Below, piece by piece: positions 1 to 10,700 of a stretch of DNA of 64,000 nucleotides. The stretch lies in contig CAWKKR010000008.1 of NCBI GenBank assembly GCA_963850305.1, forward strand, positions 1,248,001-1,312,000. Direction: 5' to 3'. Each line of letters opens with the position of its first letter. The stretch's first letter is position 1. The position numbers were made by a program, and so were the translations under genes. The stretch is from an uncultured delta proteobacterium. Lineage in GTDB: Bacteria > Myxococcota_A > Polyangia > Polyangiales > Polyangiaceae. The notes below the pieces were generated by a model. The model searched no databases. It saw only the letters and a list, made by a program, of their open reading frames with translations, and had not been told where the DNA came from.

Positions 1-326
1 TCATCCGGCTACCCCACGTGTTCATCCAGTTCCTGGGCGCGTGGATCCCGTTTCTGTTCTTCCGCGTCGACGTCCCGTTCGCCGACGCGCTGGCGCTGAT
101 GCCCGTCGTCCTTTTCGTCGTGACGCTGCCCATCAGCCCGCAGGGCCTGGGAACGCGCGACGCTCTCTCGATCACCTTGCTTTCCAGCTACGCCGCAGGC
201 TCCGCCGCGGACCGCGCCTCCATGATCGCGGCGACGACGTTGAGCTGGCTCGTCGTCATCTGCGCGGCGCAGCTCGCCGTCTCGCTCTTTTTCATGAAGC
301 GCGCCCACGCGCTCCTCGATTCATGA
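1..326 (+). CDS. Lysylphosphatidylglycerol-synthase TM / YbhN-like flippase-type membrane protein (C-terminal part, truncated by the window edge)
   Basis: Hydrophobic ORF with LPISPQGLGTRD, matching the family LP(I/V)(S/T)PxGLGxRE motif; its stop overlaps the next ATG (ATGA). Confidence 0.6.
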   Translation, partial: IRLPHVFIQFLGAWIPFLFFRVDVPFADALALMPVVLFVVTLPISPQGLGTRDALSITLLSSYAAGSAADRASMIAATTLSWLVVICAAQLAVSLFFMKRAHALLDS

Positions 327-2518
327 CGCCCCCGGAGCTCTCGGTCATCGCGCCCTGCTTCGACGAGGAAGCGAACGTGCCGGAGCTCGTGCGTCGCGTG
401 CTCGCGACGTTCGATCGCGGCGGCGTCGCGGGCGAGCTCGTGCTGGTGGACGACGGCAGCTGCGACGGGACGCGAGAGGCGATCGATCGCGCCGTCCGCC
501 TTCATGGACCGCGCGTCGTCGGCGCGTTTCACGCGACCAACCTCGGCATCGCGGCCGCGTGGAAGACCGGAACCGATGCCGCGCGGGGCGACTTGGTCGC
601 GATCATCGACGCGGATTTGCAGTACCAACCCGAGGATTTGCTCCGCCTCCGGCGTGTGCTCCTCGAGAGCAGCGTCGACGTAGTCCAGGGATTCCGGAGC
701 GCGGTCGGACGGGAGCGCGACGCGCGATACCGTCTGAGCCGCGGCTTCAATTTCCTCCTCAACACGACGTTCGGGATGCGGCTCTCGGACAACAAGAGTG
801 GGTTCGTGATGTGTCCGCGGCCCGTGATGCTCGACCTCCTGAGCTATGACGGGCACTACCGATACTTTCAGTCCTTCATCATGGTCGCCGCGCACGCGAA
901 GGGGTACGAGTATCGAGAAGTCGAGACCCTGTTCGTCGAGCGGCGTGCGGGCAAGAGCTTCCTCGAGGGCGCCGCGTACCGTGTCGCGGCGGAGTCACTC
1001 GTCGATCTCGGGCGAGCGACGTGGGAGTATCGCGTCGAAAAGCGGACGCGGGACGCGGCCAACCGATTTCGAAAAGGACGCGCGCCGCGACGTCCCAGGG
1101 CCGTGCCGCCAGACAAGAAGATCGCCTGGCGCGCGTACCTGTCCGTCTTCGATCGCGTTCACTTCACGATCACGCGCGAGGTCGAGCGCCACTACGAGTC
1201 TCTCGAGGAGACCCAGTGGATGGCGCGCAGCGACCTCGGCGAGCTCCGCGACGACAAGCTCCGGCGCCTCGTCCGACACGCGTACCGAAACGTTCCGTAC
1301 TTCCGTGAACGCATGCGCGCCGCGGGCGTTCACCCGGAGGACGTCCGCGGGGTCGCGGACCTGCACAAGCTTCCGCTTCTGTCGAAGACGGATGTGCGCG
1401 AGCACCTCTACTTCGACATTCTCAGCGAGAATCATCGTAAATCCGAGATGCTCCGCGTCGCCACGAGCGGATCCACGGGCGAGCCGTTCGTCTGCTACGC
1501 CGACCGCAATCAGCTCGAGTTCCGCTGGGCCGCGACGCTGCGCTCGCAGGGTTGGGCCGGTTACCGATTCGGCGACCCGACGGTTCGGCTGTGGCACCAG
1601 ACGGTGGGGCTCGATCGCGACCAGGCCCTGCGCGAGCGGCTCGACGCGATGGTCTCGCGCCGCACGTTCATTCCGGTGTTCGAGCTCGCGGAACGTCGTC
1701 TCGAGGGCGTGCTCGAGACGATCGCCGAGGCGCGCCCCGTGCTCATCGACGGCTACGCCGAGGCCCTGAACTTTCTCGCGACGTACGCGAAGCGCCGCGG
1801 CGACACGCGGGTCCATCCGAAGGCGATCATGAGCAGCGCCCAGACTCTTCCCGCATCGAGCCGGCGGATCATCGAAGAGGCGTTCGGCTGCGCCGTCTTC
1901 GACAAGTACGGCGCGCGCGAGTTCAGCGGCATCGCATACGAGTGCGAAGCCCATGCCGGCCACCACGTGGTGGCCGAAGGTTACGTCGTCGAGCTCCTCA
2001 AGGGCGGCGAGCCAGCCGCGCCGGGCGAGGTCGGCGAAGTCGTCGTCACGGACCTGAACAACTATTGCCTCCCGTTCATCCGCTACCGCCTCGGCGATCT
2101 CGCGGTCGCGGCCGGCGACGACGTCGTGTGCCCGTGTGGGCGCACGCTGCCGCTCATCGGCGATATCGAGGGCCGCGTCCAGTCCATCATCCAGGGAACC
2201 GATGGTCGATATCTTCCGGGAACGTTCTTTGCGCACTACCTGAAGGACTTCGATCACGCGATCCGGCGTTACCAGATCCTCCAGGAACGCCCGTCGCACG
2301 TCGTTTTTCGCGTCGTGAAGGGAGGCAGATTCTCCACGGACGTGCTCGAGGAAATCCTGTCCACCTTTCGCCGCTTCCTCGGAGAGGACATGCACATCGA
2401 CGTCGAGTTCGTGGACGAAGTCGGCACGGTCGCGACCGGTAAGCGCGTCGCGACCCTGTCCAAGTTGCCGATCGATTTCCAGGGGCCTGGCGCGTCGCGC
2501 CTGAAATGGTCACGCTAA
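323..2518 (+). CDS. Family 2 glycosyltransferase fused to a phenylacetate-CoA-ligase/CapK-like adenylate-forming domain
   Basis: N-terminal LSVIAPCFDE, VDDGSCDGT and IIDADLQY (GT2); C-terminal TSGSTGEP, YGAREF and PFIRYRLGD (PaaK/CapK); one continuous frame. Confidence 0.85.
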   Translation: MTPPELSVIAPCFDEEANVPELVRRVLATFDRGGVAGELVLVDDGSCDGTREAIDRAVRLHGPRVVGAFHATNLGIAAAWKTGTDAARGDLVAIIDADLQYQPEDLLRLRRVLLESSVDVVQGFRSAVGRERDARYRLSRGFNFLLNTTFGMRLSDNKSGFVMCPRPVMLDLLSYDGHYRYFQSFIMVAAHAKGYEYREVETLFVERRAGKSFLEGAAYRVAAESLVDLGRATWEYRVEKRTRDAANRFRKGRAPRRPRAVPPDKKIAWRAYLSVFDRVHFTITREVERHYESLEETQWMARSDLGELRDDKLRRLVRHAYRNVPYFRERMRAAGVHPEDVRGVADLHKLPLLSKTDVREHLYFDILSENHRKSEMLRVATSGSTGEPFVCYADRNQLEFRWAATLRSQGWAGYRFGDPTVRLWHQTVGLDRDQALRERLDAMVSRRTFIPVFELAERRLEGVLETIAEARPVLIDGYAEALNFLATYAKRRGDTRVHPKAIMSSAQTLPASSRRIIEEAFGCAVFDKYGAREFSGIAYECEAHAGHHVVAEGYVVELLKGGEPAAPGEVGEVVVTDLNNYCLPFIRYRLGDLAVAAGDDVVCPCGRTLPLIGDIEGRVQSIIQGTDGRYLPGTFFAHYLKDFDHAIRRYQILQERPSHVVFRVVKGGRFSTDVLEEILSTFRRFLGEDMHIDVEFVDEVGTVATGKRVATLSKLPIDFQGPGASRLKWSR

Positions 2519-3300
2519 CGCCAATGACCTCCGACAGGCTCGTCCGGACGGCGCGCGACATCGCGCTCGAAGCGTCGCGCGTCCTGCTCGACGGCTATCG
2601 CAGCCGTCCCGCCGCGACGGAGAAAGCGCGCTCGGATCTCGTCACCGAATACGATCTGAGGAGCGAGGAACTGATCCGCATGCGGCTCGGTCGCGAGACG
2701 CCGGATATCCCCATCGTCGCGGAAGAGCACGGCGGCGTCGCGAATGGCCTCACGTGGTACGTCGACCCTCTCGATGGCACGATGAACTTCGTCCACGGTC
2801 ACCCGTTCTTCTGCGTCAGCATCGGCGCGATGGACGCAAGTGGTCCGATCGCCGGGGTGGTCGTGGCGCCCGCTCTGGGGCTCGAGTGGTGGGGGAGCCG
2901 CGAAGGCGGCGCGTTCCGCAACGGCGAACCGTGCAGCGTCAGCACCACCGGGACGCTGCGCGATGCGCTGCTCGCGACGGGATTCCCCGCCGATCGTCGT
3001 CACGCGCCCGCGAACAACCTCGCGACGTTCTCCGACGTAATCCAGCACGTCCAAGGCGTGCGGCGGTGTGGCTCCGCGGCGCTCGATTGCTGCTTCGTGG
3101 CCGACGGCACGCTCGAGGGTTACTGGGAGCGAGGGCTCTACGCTTGGGACGTCGTCGCCGGATGCGCGATTGCGCTCTCCGCCGGGGCGTGTCTCACTTC
3201 CCTCACTGGTGGACCTCCGGATCTGACTATCGGTCATATCGTGCTCACGAACGGTCGTATCCACGAGGCTCTCGTGGGGCTCGTGAGCAAGAATCACTGA
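2506..3300 (+). CDS. suhB: Inositol monophosphatase family protein
   Basis: WYVDPLDGTMNF, RRCGSAALD and WDVVAG motifs; the start could be 2524. Confidence 0.85.
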   Translation: MVTLTPMTSDRLVRTARDIALEASRVLLDGYRSRPAATEKARSDLVTEYDLRSEELIRMRLGRETPDIPIVAEEHGGVANGLTWYVDPLDGTMNFVHGHPFFCVSIGAMDASGPIAGVVVAPALGLEWWGSREGGAFRNGEPCSVSTTGTLRDALLATGFPADRRHAPANNLATFSDVIQHVQGVRRCGSAALDCCFVADGTLEGYWERGLYAWDVVAGCAIALSAGACLTSLTGGPPDLTIGHIVLTNGRIHEALVGLVSKNH

Positions 3301-3309
3301 GATGCGCCC

Positions 3310-3528
3310 ATGAACTTCAGTGCAAACTCGATCCTGGCGTCGATCCTGGTGAGCGGCATCGGGTTCGTGTTTTTCGAATACGGGCGCCGGACGTCGCGCC
3401 CGCCGCAACTCGTCGGGGGGCTCGCGCTGATGGTGTTCCCGTACTTCGTCTCGAACCTCATGGCGATGTGTGCCGTGGCCTCTGCCCTGATCGCCGCAGT
3501 GTGGTTCTTCGTGAAGTTCGGTTGGTGA
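3310..3528 (+). CDS. Small membrane protein (2-3 TM segments), function unknown
   Basis: 72-aa hydrophobic ORF in operon position, contains LMVFPYFV. Confidence 0.7.
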   Translation: MNFSANSILASILVSGIGFVFFEYGRRTSRPPQLVGGLALMVFPYFVSNLMAMCAVASALIAAVWFFVKFGW

Positions 3529-3615
3529 GCGCCGTTCTGGAGGCCGGGGGGCGGAGATCAGCCTGGTGTTTCCGGTCTGCATTCGCGAGCGAGTCGGGAG
3601 GCGGCCAGGGCCCCG

Positions 3616-4935
3616 TCAGCGCTCTCTCATCGGACGTCCGACGCCCCGGTACGCGAGGCCCGCTTCCGTGATCTCTTCGGGGACCATCGTGTTCCGTCCG
3701 TCGAAGACGTGGCGGCCACGCATGAGGTGCTTCACTCGCTGCGCGTCCGGGGCGCGAAATTCGCTCCACTCCGTCGCGACGACGAGAGCGTCGGCGCCTT
3801 CGCACGCGACGTAAGGGTCATGGAACAGCTCGACGTGAGCCGAGATGACGGCCTGCTGGAGCCGCGCCTGCGTCGTTTCGAGCGCTTGCGGGTCCGTCGC
3901 TCGCACACGAGCACCCTTCGCGACGATCTTCTCGATGAACTTCAGTGCCGGGGCTTCGCGCACGTCGTCCGTGCGCGGTTTGAACGAAAGGCCCCACACC
4001 GCGATGGTCTTGTTCGCGAGCCCACCCAGCGCCTCTTCGACGTGACGCACGAGATCCAGGACCGGTGTCTCGTTGGCGACCACGGCGGCGCGCGCCATCT
4101 CCAGCTTGAGTCCCAGCTCCTCCCCCGTGCGGACGAGGGCCCGGAGATCCTTGGGGAAGCAGCTGCCACCGAAGCCGATGCCCGGATAGAGGAAATGGTA
4201 ACCGATGCGGTGATCGGCGCCGAGCGCGACGCGGACGTCTTCGACGTCGCCGTTCGCGGCGTCGCAGAGCCGAGCCATTTCGTTCATGAACGAGATGCGC
4301 GTCGCGAGGAGCGCGTTCGCGGCGTACTTCACGATCTCGGCGCTCTTCGGGCTCATGCGGATGAGCCGGTTTCGCTGACGGTTGAACGGCGCGTACAGAC
4401 GAGAAAGAAGCTCGAACGCATGGTCGTCCTCGGTGCCGATGACGATGCGGTCCGGCTTCAGAAAGTCTCCGAGCGCGTCGCCTTCCTTGAGAAACTCGGG
4501 GTTGCTGACGACGACGATCCGTTCCTTGCTCTCGCGGACGATCGCCGTCACTTTCTCGTTCGTGCCGACGGGCACCGTGCTCTTCAGGACGAGGATGACG
4601 TCGCCCGTGGCGAGGCGCGCCACGTCGCGCGCCACGCCGAGGACGTGCGACAGATCCGCCGAGCCGTCCTCGCTGGGCGGCGTACCGACGGCGACGAACA
4701 CGATCGTCCGCCCCTTCATGGCGGCGGCGAGATCCGACGTGAAGTGCAGCCGCGCCGGGCAGTTTCTCTTCACCAGATCCTCGAGGCCCGGTTCGAAGAA
4801 GGGGACGTGACCCGCCTCGAGACGCGCGAGCTTCTCCTGGTCCACATCGACGCACACGACGTCGCTCCCCGCATCCGCGAAGCATGCTCCCGCGACAAGA
4901 CCGACGTAGCCGGTTCCGACGACTGCAATCCTCAT
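3616..4935 (-). CDS. ugd: UDP-glucose/GDP-mannose dehydrogenase
   Basis: GTGYVGL Rossmann motif, SNPEFLKEG, GFGGSCFPKD catalytic Cys. Confidence 0.95.
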   Translation of the reverse strand: MRIAVVGTGYVGLVAGACFADAGSDVVCVDVDQEKLARLEAGHVPFFEPGLEDLVKRNCPARLHFTSDLAAAMKGRTIVFVAVGTPPSEDGSADLSHVLGVARDVARLATGDVILVLKSTVPVGTNEKVTAIVRESKERIVVVSNPEFLKEGDALGDFLKPDRIVIGTEDDHAFELLSRLYAPFNRQRNRLIRMSPKSAEIVKYAANALLATRISFMNEMARLCDAANGDVEDVRVALGADHRIGYHFLYPGIGFGGSCFPKDLRALVRTGEELGLKLEMARAAVVANETPVLDLVRHVEEALGGLANKTIAVWGLSFKPRTDDVREAPALKFIEKIVAKGARVRATDPQALETTQARLQQAVISAHVELFHDPYVACEGADALVVATEWSEFRAPDAQRVKHLMRGRHVFDGRNTMVPEEITEAGLAYRGVGRPMRER

Positions 4936-4941
4936 CCGACT

Positions 4942-5478
4942 CTATGTATCCTTGTCTTCTTCGAGCTGATCGAGAATGAGCGACGCCCGTTCTTCCGATA
5001 TTCCGAAGTAGGTCGCCAGCTCTTCAACCAGATCCTGCTCTTCGTCCGCGACCTCGTCGTCCGCGAGCGCCACGGCGGCCGCGAGTGCGAACGCGCCCTC
5101 CGCGTCACTCGGGTGGCCCGATAGTCGCGAACCGACGCGACGCAGGCGCGCGTCGCGTCCCTCGGCGGCGAGCAGCCGCTCGTACTCCTCGAACATGACC
5201 TGGATCGTGCCGTCGTGGAGCAAGTTGCCCGTCAGGCCGCGGACGGCGCCCCGCATGGCATCCCGCTCCGCGTCGGTGATCTTTCCGTCCGCCGCGATCA
5301 TCAGGAAGAGCGTCTCGGCCATCGGGTCGATCCGATGGAGCGCGTCGCTCTCCTCCTCCGACAAGAGACCCGCTCGCGCGAGGGTCTCGTAGGCCGGCGA
5401 GAGGACGCCACTTTCGCGCCGGCCGCTCTGGAGCAGGGCGTCGCGCAGCCGCCGGATAGTGGCGGTCTCGATTTTCAT
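4942..5478 (-). CDS. TerB (tellurite-resistance) family protein
   Basis: MIAADGKITDAE and VALADDEVADEEQ motifs typical of the TerB fold. Confidence 0.75.
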   Translation of the reverse strand: MKIETATIRRLRDALLQSGRRESGVLSPAYETLARAGLLSEEESDALHRIDPMAETLFLMIAADGKITDAERDAMRGAVRGLTGNLLHDGTIQVMFEEYERLLAAEGRDARLRRVGSRLSGHPSDAEGAFALAAAVALADDEVADEEQDLVEELATYFGISEERASLILDQLEEDKDT

Positions 5479-5549
5479 GGGAAAACGCTACACGGCCTTG
5501 CCGCTACGATCCAGCGTCCGCTAAACGTTCGCCTTTTGTCGCGCAGCCG

Positions 5550-6449
5550 TCAGACGTCGATGTGGATCTCGCCCTGGCCGATGGCGATGCACTGGCCGCC
5601 GACGCGCAGCGAGACGATCTGGTCGAGATTCCGCTCGATCGTGACGTGAATGAAACTCGGGCGACCGATCTCGATCCCTTGCTCGCACACGAACTCCACT
5701 CGGGGATCGGGGCCGAGGAGGCCCCAGCGCGCGAAGTAAGCCACGAGCGGTCCTGCGGCGGTGGCCGTCGCGGGATCCTCGTGAAGGCCGAGCCCCGGTG
5801 CAAACATGCGACAATGGGCCGAGGACCCTTCGCTCCTGCACTGAAGAGTGAACGCAAGCACGTGCGGGTGCGGCGATCTGGCGAGCACGCGCTCCCAGAT
5901 ATCCTGACGAAATCGGATGCTCTCCATCGCGGCGAGGTTGGCGACGGGAACGAGCAAGTACGGCACGGTGCAAGAGACGCTCTGAACGGGCATCCCCGAC
6001 GGGAGCGCGGAAGGGTCGAGCCCGAGCATCGCCGCCAGTGCGTCACGCTCGCCAAAGATGGGTCCGAAAGACGGAAGCGGCTGCTGCATCGAGAACATCG
6101 GCGTTTCCATCGTGACCGAGACGGGGCCTGTCTGGTCTTCGAACACGACGCGCTGTCTCGTCGCCTCGCGGCGCAACCGCTCTTCGAGCGCAAGTGCGTA
6201 GGCTGTCCCGATGGTCGGCAAGCCGCCGGACGGCAGTTCGGCGAGCGGCGTGAAGACGCGAACCCAGTAGTGATGCGGACTCGCGCGCGGTGGCAACACG
6301 AACGTCGTCTCGGATAGATTCAACTCGCGCGCGATGCTCTGCATCATCGTGTCGCTCAAGCCCCGCGCGTCCGTGAACACGGCGAGCGGATTGCCGCCGA
6401 AGGCCGTACGGGTGAAGACGTCGAGAAGTCGATACGTGAACGCTTGCAT
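5550..6449 (-). CDS. PhzF-family epimerase/isomerase
   Basis: DVFT..FGGNPLAVF, ELNLSETTF, EDPATATA and EQGIEIGRPS motifs. Confidence 0.9.
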   Translation of the reverse strand: MQAFTYRLLDVFTRTAFGGNPLAVFTDARGLSDTMMQSIARELNLSETTFVLPPRASPHHYWVRVFTPLAELPSGGLPTIGTAYALALEERLRREATRQRVVFEDQTGPVSVTMETPMFSMQQPLPSFGPIFGERDALAAMLGLDPSALPSGMPVQSVSCTVPYLLVPVANLAAMESIRFRQDIWERVLARSPHPHVLAFTLQCRSEGSSAHCRMFAPGLGLHEDPATATAAGPLVAYFARWGLLGPDPRVEFVCEQGIEIGRPSFIHVTIERNLDQIVSLRVGGQCIAIGQGEIHIDV

Positions 6450-6621
6450 GGATTCCGGGGGGGTATTCGTGCGCCCGTTTCCACTCGAATGCCACCGGGC
6501 CCGCGTCGCGTCCATCGTGCACGTTGCGGCCCGCGAGACAGCTTGCTTGCGCCCCGGGGCCTGCCGATCCAAAAACCCGGTACCCGGCGTCGCTGGAAGG
6601 CGTCGGCGCGGCCCAGAATCC

Positions 6622-7572
6622 GTGAAGACAGTTTTCATCGACGGCCAGGAGGGCACGACCGGGCTCGGCATCCAGGAACGCCTGGCGGCGCGGGGCGACC
6701 TGACGCTTCTCGAGATTTCGCGTGAGAACCGCAAGGATCCCGCGACCAAGCGGACGGTGATGGCCGAGGCGGACGTCGTCATTCTGTGCTTGCCGGACGC
6801 TGCCGCCCTCGAGATGGCGTCGCTCGCGGAAGGTCTGGGGACCCGCATCATCGACGCCAGCACGGCACACCGCACGGCGCCGGGCTGGACCTACGGCCTG
6901 CCCGAGCTCACGCCCGATCAGCGCCAAGAAATCCAGACCGCCCGGTTCGTCGCGAACCCCGGCTGCTACCCGACCGGGTTTTTGCTGGCCGCGCGACCCC
7001 TCGTCGACGCGGGCGTCCTCGCCCCGGACTATCCGGTCACCGTCCACGCGCAGAGCGGGTTCAGCGGCGGCGGAAAGAAGCTCATTCAAGCCTTCGCCGA
7101 GCACGACCACGGAGGAGCGAGTCCCGATTGGGCGGTGCGGCCCTACGCGCTCACGTTCGCGCACAAGCACGTGCCGGAGATGCAAACCTTCGCGAAGCTC
7201 TCGCGCCGGCCGATCTTCTGCCCGGAGGTCGGCAACTATTACCAGGGCATGCTCGTCTCGGTGCCGCTCCACGGGGATCTTCTCTCGCGCCGCGTTCGAC
7301 CTGTGGACGTACGCGCGATTCTCACCGAGCGGTACTCGCGCGAGAAATTCGTCCGCGTCGTCCCCGAGGGCGCCGGCGAAGGTCTCCATGACGGCTACCT
7401 CTCGCCGACCGCGTGCAACGGAACGAACGTCGTCGAGCTCTTCGTCTTCGGCAACGACGAACAGATCTTGGTTGTCGCTCGCCTCGACAATCTCGGCAAG
7501 GGCGCGTCGGGGGCGGCCGTTCAGAACCTCAATCTGATGCTCGGGCTCGATGAGTCGAGCGGATTGGATTGA
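6622..7572 (+). CDS. argC: N-acetyl-gamma-glutamyl-phosphate reductase (type 2)
   Basis: VFIDGQEGTTGL, IIDASTAHR, ANPGCYPTG and DNLGKGASGAAVQN; GTG start. Confidence 0.95.
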   Translation: MKTVFIDGQEGTTGLGIQERLAARGDLTLLEISRENRKDPATKRTVMAEADVVILCLPDAAALEMASLAEGLGTRIIDASTAHRTAPGWTYGLPELTPDQRQEIQTARFVANPGCYPTGFLLAARPLVDAGVLAPDYPVTVHAQSGFSGGGKKLIQAFAEHDHGGASPDWAVRPYALTFAHKHVPEMQTFAKLSRRPIFCPEVGNYYQGMLVSVPLHGDLLSRRVRPVDVRAILTERYSREKFVRVVPEGAGEGLHDGYLSPTACNGTNVVELFVFGNDEQILVVARLDNLGKGASGAAVQNLNLMLGLDESSGLD

Positions 7573-7573
7573 G

Positions 7574-7770
7574 CGGCTCACGTCGAACAGCGCTTCGGCT
7601 GCGACGTGGAGCGCACGCTCGAGAGCCAGGATGAGCAGGGCATCACGAGCGCGCTCGACCGCCGGCAGCGCCTGCAACCGTCGCAACTGCTCGAGCACCC
7701 CCCCGAAAGCGCTCGCGAGAAGGGCACGAACCGAGTCTTCGGGGGACGCTCCGCCGCAGGGTAGCACCAT
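7574..7770 (-). pseudogene. Possible N-terminal fragment of a DUF86/HepT-like HEPN toxin
   Basis: ATG at 7770 gives MVL...LEQLRRLQAL...ALERALHVAAEALFDV, resembling the HepT N-terminus; no Rx4-6H motif and no cognate stop before argC. Confidence 0.4.
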
Positions 7771-7780
7771 CCGAAGAAAC

Positions 7781-10700
7781 CTACGGCAAGTCCACGGTTT
7801 TCCCCGCGATGAACACGGCCGTCGCGTTTGGCACGGTCGCGCGACGCGACAGCGCCGCCACGACGTCGTCCACGTAGGGACGTTCGCGCGCGCCGACCAG
7901 CACACTGGTCACCCCCGGTGTACTCACGGCCGCCAGGAGCGCTTTCTGCGACAGTGACGCCGCCCGCAGCGCGTCCGGCAGCGTAGGGTCAATCGCGCGC
8001 GCGATGGCGAGGCTACGCCGTCGCGAGCGGTCGGCGCCGCGCTTCCGGAGCGACGCGAAGAGCCCGTCGAGCTCCGCGAGGTAACGCTCCTGAAACGCCG
8101 TCCAGCGTTCCCGGAGCGGACCGGGGACGATCCGGTCGAGGCCGGCGATCGTCTGCATCACGCGGGGCGCGACGGCCCTCGATTCCATGTCGCGCCACTG
8201 CTCGAGGCCTTCGAGGTTCGCCGCGACGTTCCCGAGCTGCGCCGCCCATTGCAGGAGACTCGCGGCGCGCAGGTTGCTCTCGGGCGGCAGCTGAATCGAC
8301 GGTGCGAGCGTCGCGACGAACTCGGCCTCGAGCTTCTTCACCTTCTCGAGCTGCTCGGCGAACGACGGCGCATCCTCGTAGCTCGGCGGATCGGCGAGGC
8401 GGACGAGCTTGCCGTCGACGATGGCGTTCAGCGGACGATTCACGAGCACGGCGACGCCCATCCGACGCGCGTGTTCGAGCGGCGTGAGTCCTTCGCCCGT
8501 GTTTCGTTCCAGCGCGGCGCCACCTTCGAGGAGATTCATCGGTAGCTGAAGGACGCGGAAGTGATGCGCGTCACCGCCGGCGTCGCGCGCCGCGACCAGC
8601 AGGCGCTCGAGGCTCGTCGCCTCGGGGTCTCCGGCGGGTTCCACCGCTGCGTTGCTCGACACCCCGTAAAACCGGAGCCGTCCGCGCGCGACTTCCTTCT
8701 CGAAGTGCCGGAACGCCTCCGTGATGCGCCGGTAGTATTCGCCGCGCGCTTCGGCGAGTGGCACGCGTCGCTTCGCGGCATCGCCGAGGAAGTATTCGGG
8801 GTTGTGGAGGAGACAGACGTCGAGCGTTTCGAGCCCGAGTCGTCCCAGGGAGTCGCCGAGCTGCGCCTCGAGCCATTCGGGGTGAACGCAGTGCCAGAGC
8901 CCTTCGCCGTACTTCACCATTTCCGGGAATGGCTCCTCTGCTTGCTCGCGCGCTTCTGCTCGTTCGAGATTCTCACCTTGCGCGTAACCGATCTTCGAGA
9001 CGATGACGACGGCCGCGCGTGGGACCGCGCCGGAACAATCGAGCTCCGCCATCACTTCGCCGATGAGCGACTCGGCGTGGCCATCGCCGTAGTTGGTGGA
9101 CGTGTCTATCAAATTGATGCCGGACACGAGCGCGTGGGCGAGCGCTTCCCGGTGCTCTTCCACGCGATCGTCGACGCGGTACGTGCCGAAGCCGGCTCGG
9201 CTCACGACGAGCCCGGTCGTCCCGAGCTCGGTGTAGCTCTCGCCGCCGAGCGTCGGTTCGAACCGCGCCGCGTACGCGCGCGTCGCGCCGGATGTCGCGG
9301 AGCCCGGGAGCGCCGACGCCCCGACGGCGCGCCGTCGCTCCGCGGCGAGGGTGTTCGCGGCGTCCCCGAGGGCGCGCGCCACGTCCTCGGCGCGCGTCAC
9401 GGGAGCCTGGCACGCGAAGTCCCGGCACACGTAGAGCGCGGGTTTGCCGTCGATCGAAGTCTTTCCGGCGAGCAGCGCGAGCTCGCTCTTCGAACTGTCC
9501 GCGGCGTGCGCGACCACGCGATTGGGCAGATAGTGTCGCGCAACCTCCGCGGCGAGCGCGTCGAGGTCCGGGCTCGGCTCGCCGATGAACGCAAGCTCCA
9601 CCGGACCCTCGAGCAAGAAATCCACGACGCCGAGGGTCGTCGCGAAGGCCCGCGGCGCTCGCTCGATGTGCCGCGCATAGGCGCGCACCGCCGCGAGCGA
9701 CTGCTCACGAAAATCCTCGCGCCCCAGAATAAAGGCGAGCCGGGCGAGCGCGCGTGCAGAAATGGCGTTCGCGTTCGGGATGGCGCCGTCGTGACCGTCG
9801 CGCGACCGGGCGATGAGGGTTTCGTGTCCCTTCGCGGTCTGAAACAAGCCGCCGCCCTCCGCGTCCGCGAAGTCCGCGATCATGCGCTCGGCGAGACGCG
9901 CGGCGTCGGTGAGAAAAGACTCCGCCCCGAAGGCCTCGTACAGATCGAGGAGCCCGTCCGCGACGAACGCGTAGTCTTCGAGATACGCATCGAGGTGTGC
10001 CTTGCCGGCGCGCGCGGTGCGATATAAGCCGCCGTCGGGACGCGCGAGCTCGCCGAGGACGAATCGCGCGGCGCGCTCGGCCGACGCGAGGTAGCGGGGT
10101 TCGCGGAGCACGCGCGCGCCTTCCGCCATTGCACCGATCATGAGTCCATTCCACGCCGCGAGAACCTTGTCGTCGGTGAGCGGCGGCACGCGACGCAAGC
10201 GCGCCGCGTAAAGCTCCGCGCGCGACGACGCGAGTGAGCGACGGAGCTCGTCTATCGCCACGCCGAGATCCGCCGCGACGCTCTCCATCGAGCGCGGTGT
10301 GTTGAGGATGTTCGTCTCTTCCCAGTTCCCCTCGGGAGAAACGTCGTAGTAGGTGCAAAACCATTCCGCGGCGGGGCGCCCGACGACTTCCTCGATCTGA
10401 TCCGGCGTCCAGATGAAGAATTTCCCTTCCACACCCTCGCTGTCCGCGTCGGTGGCCGAGAAATAGCCGCCCTCTGGGTTCTGCATCTCGCGCGCGACGT
10501 AGTCGAGCGTCTCGGTCGCGACCCGGCGATATTCTGCATCGCCCGTGACCTGATACGCCTCGAGATAGACGCGCGCGAGCTGCGCATTGTCGTAGAGCAT
10601 CTTCTCGAAGTGCGGGACGAGCCACTTCGCGTCGACGGAATAGCGCGCGAAGCCGCCGCCGAGGTGATCGTAGATGCCACCGTTCTTCATCCGGTCGAGG

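Noticed and set aside
5550..6449. Phenazine biosynthesis cluster
   Set aside because: Only a lone PhzF-family gene; no phzA/B/D/E/G
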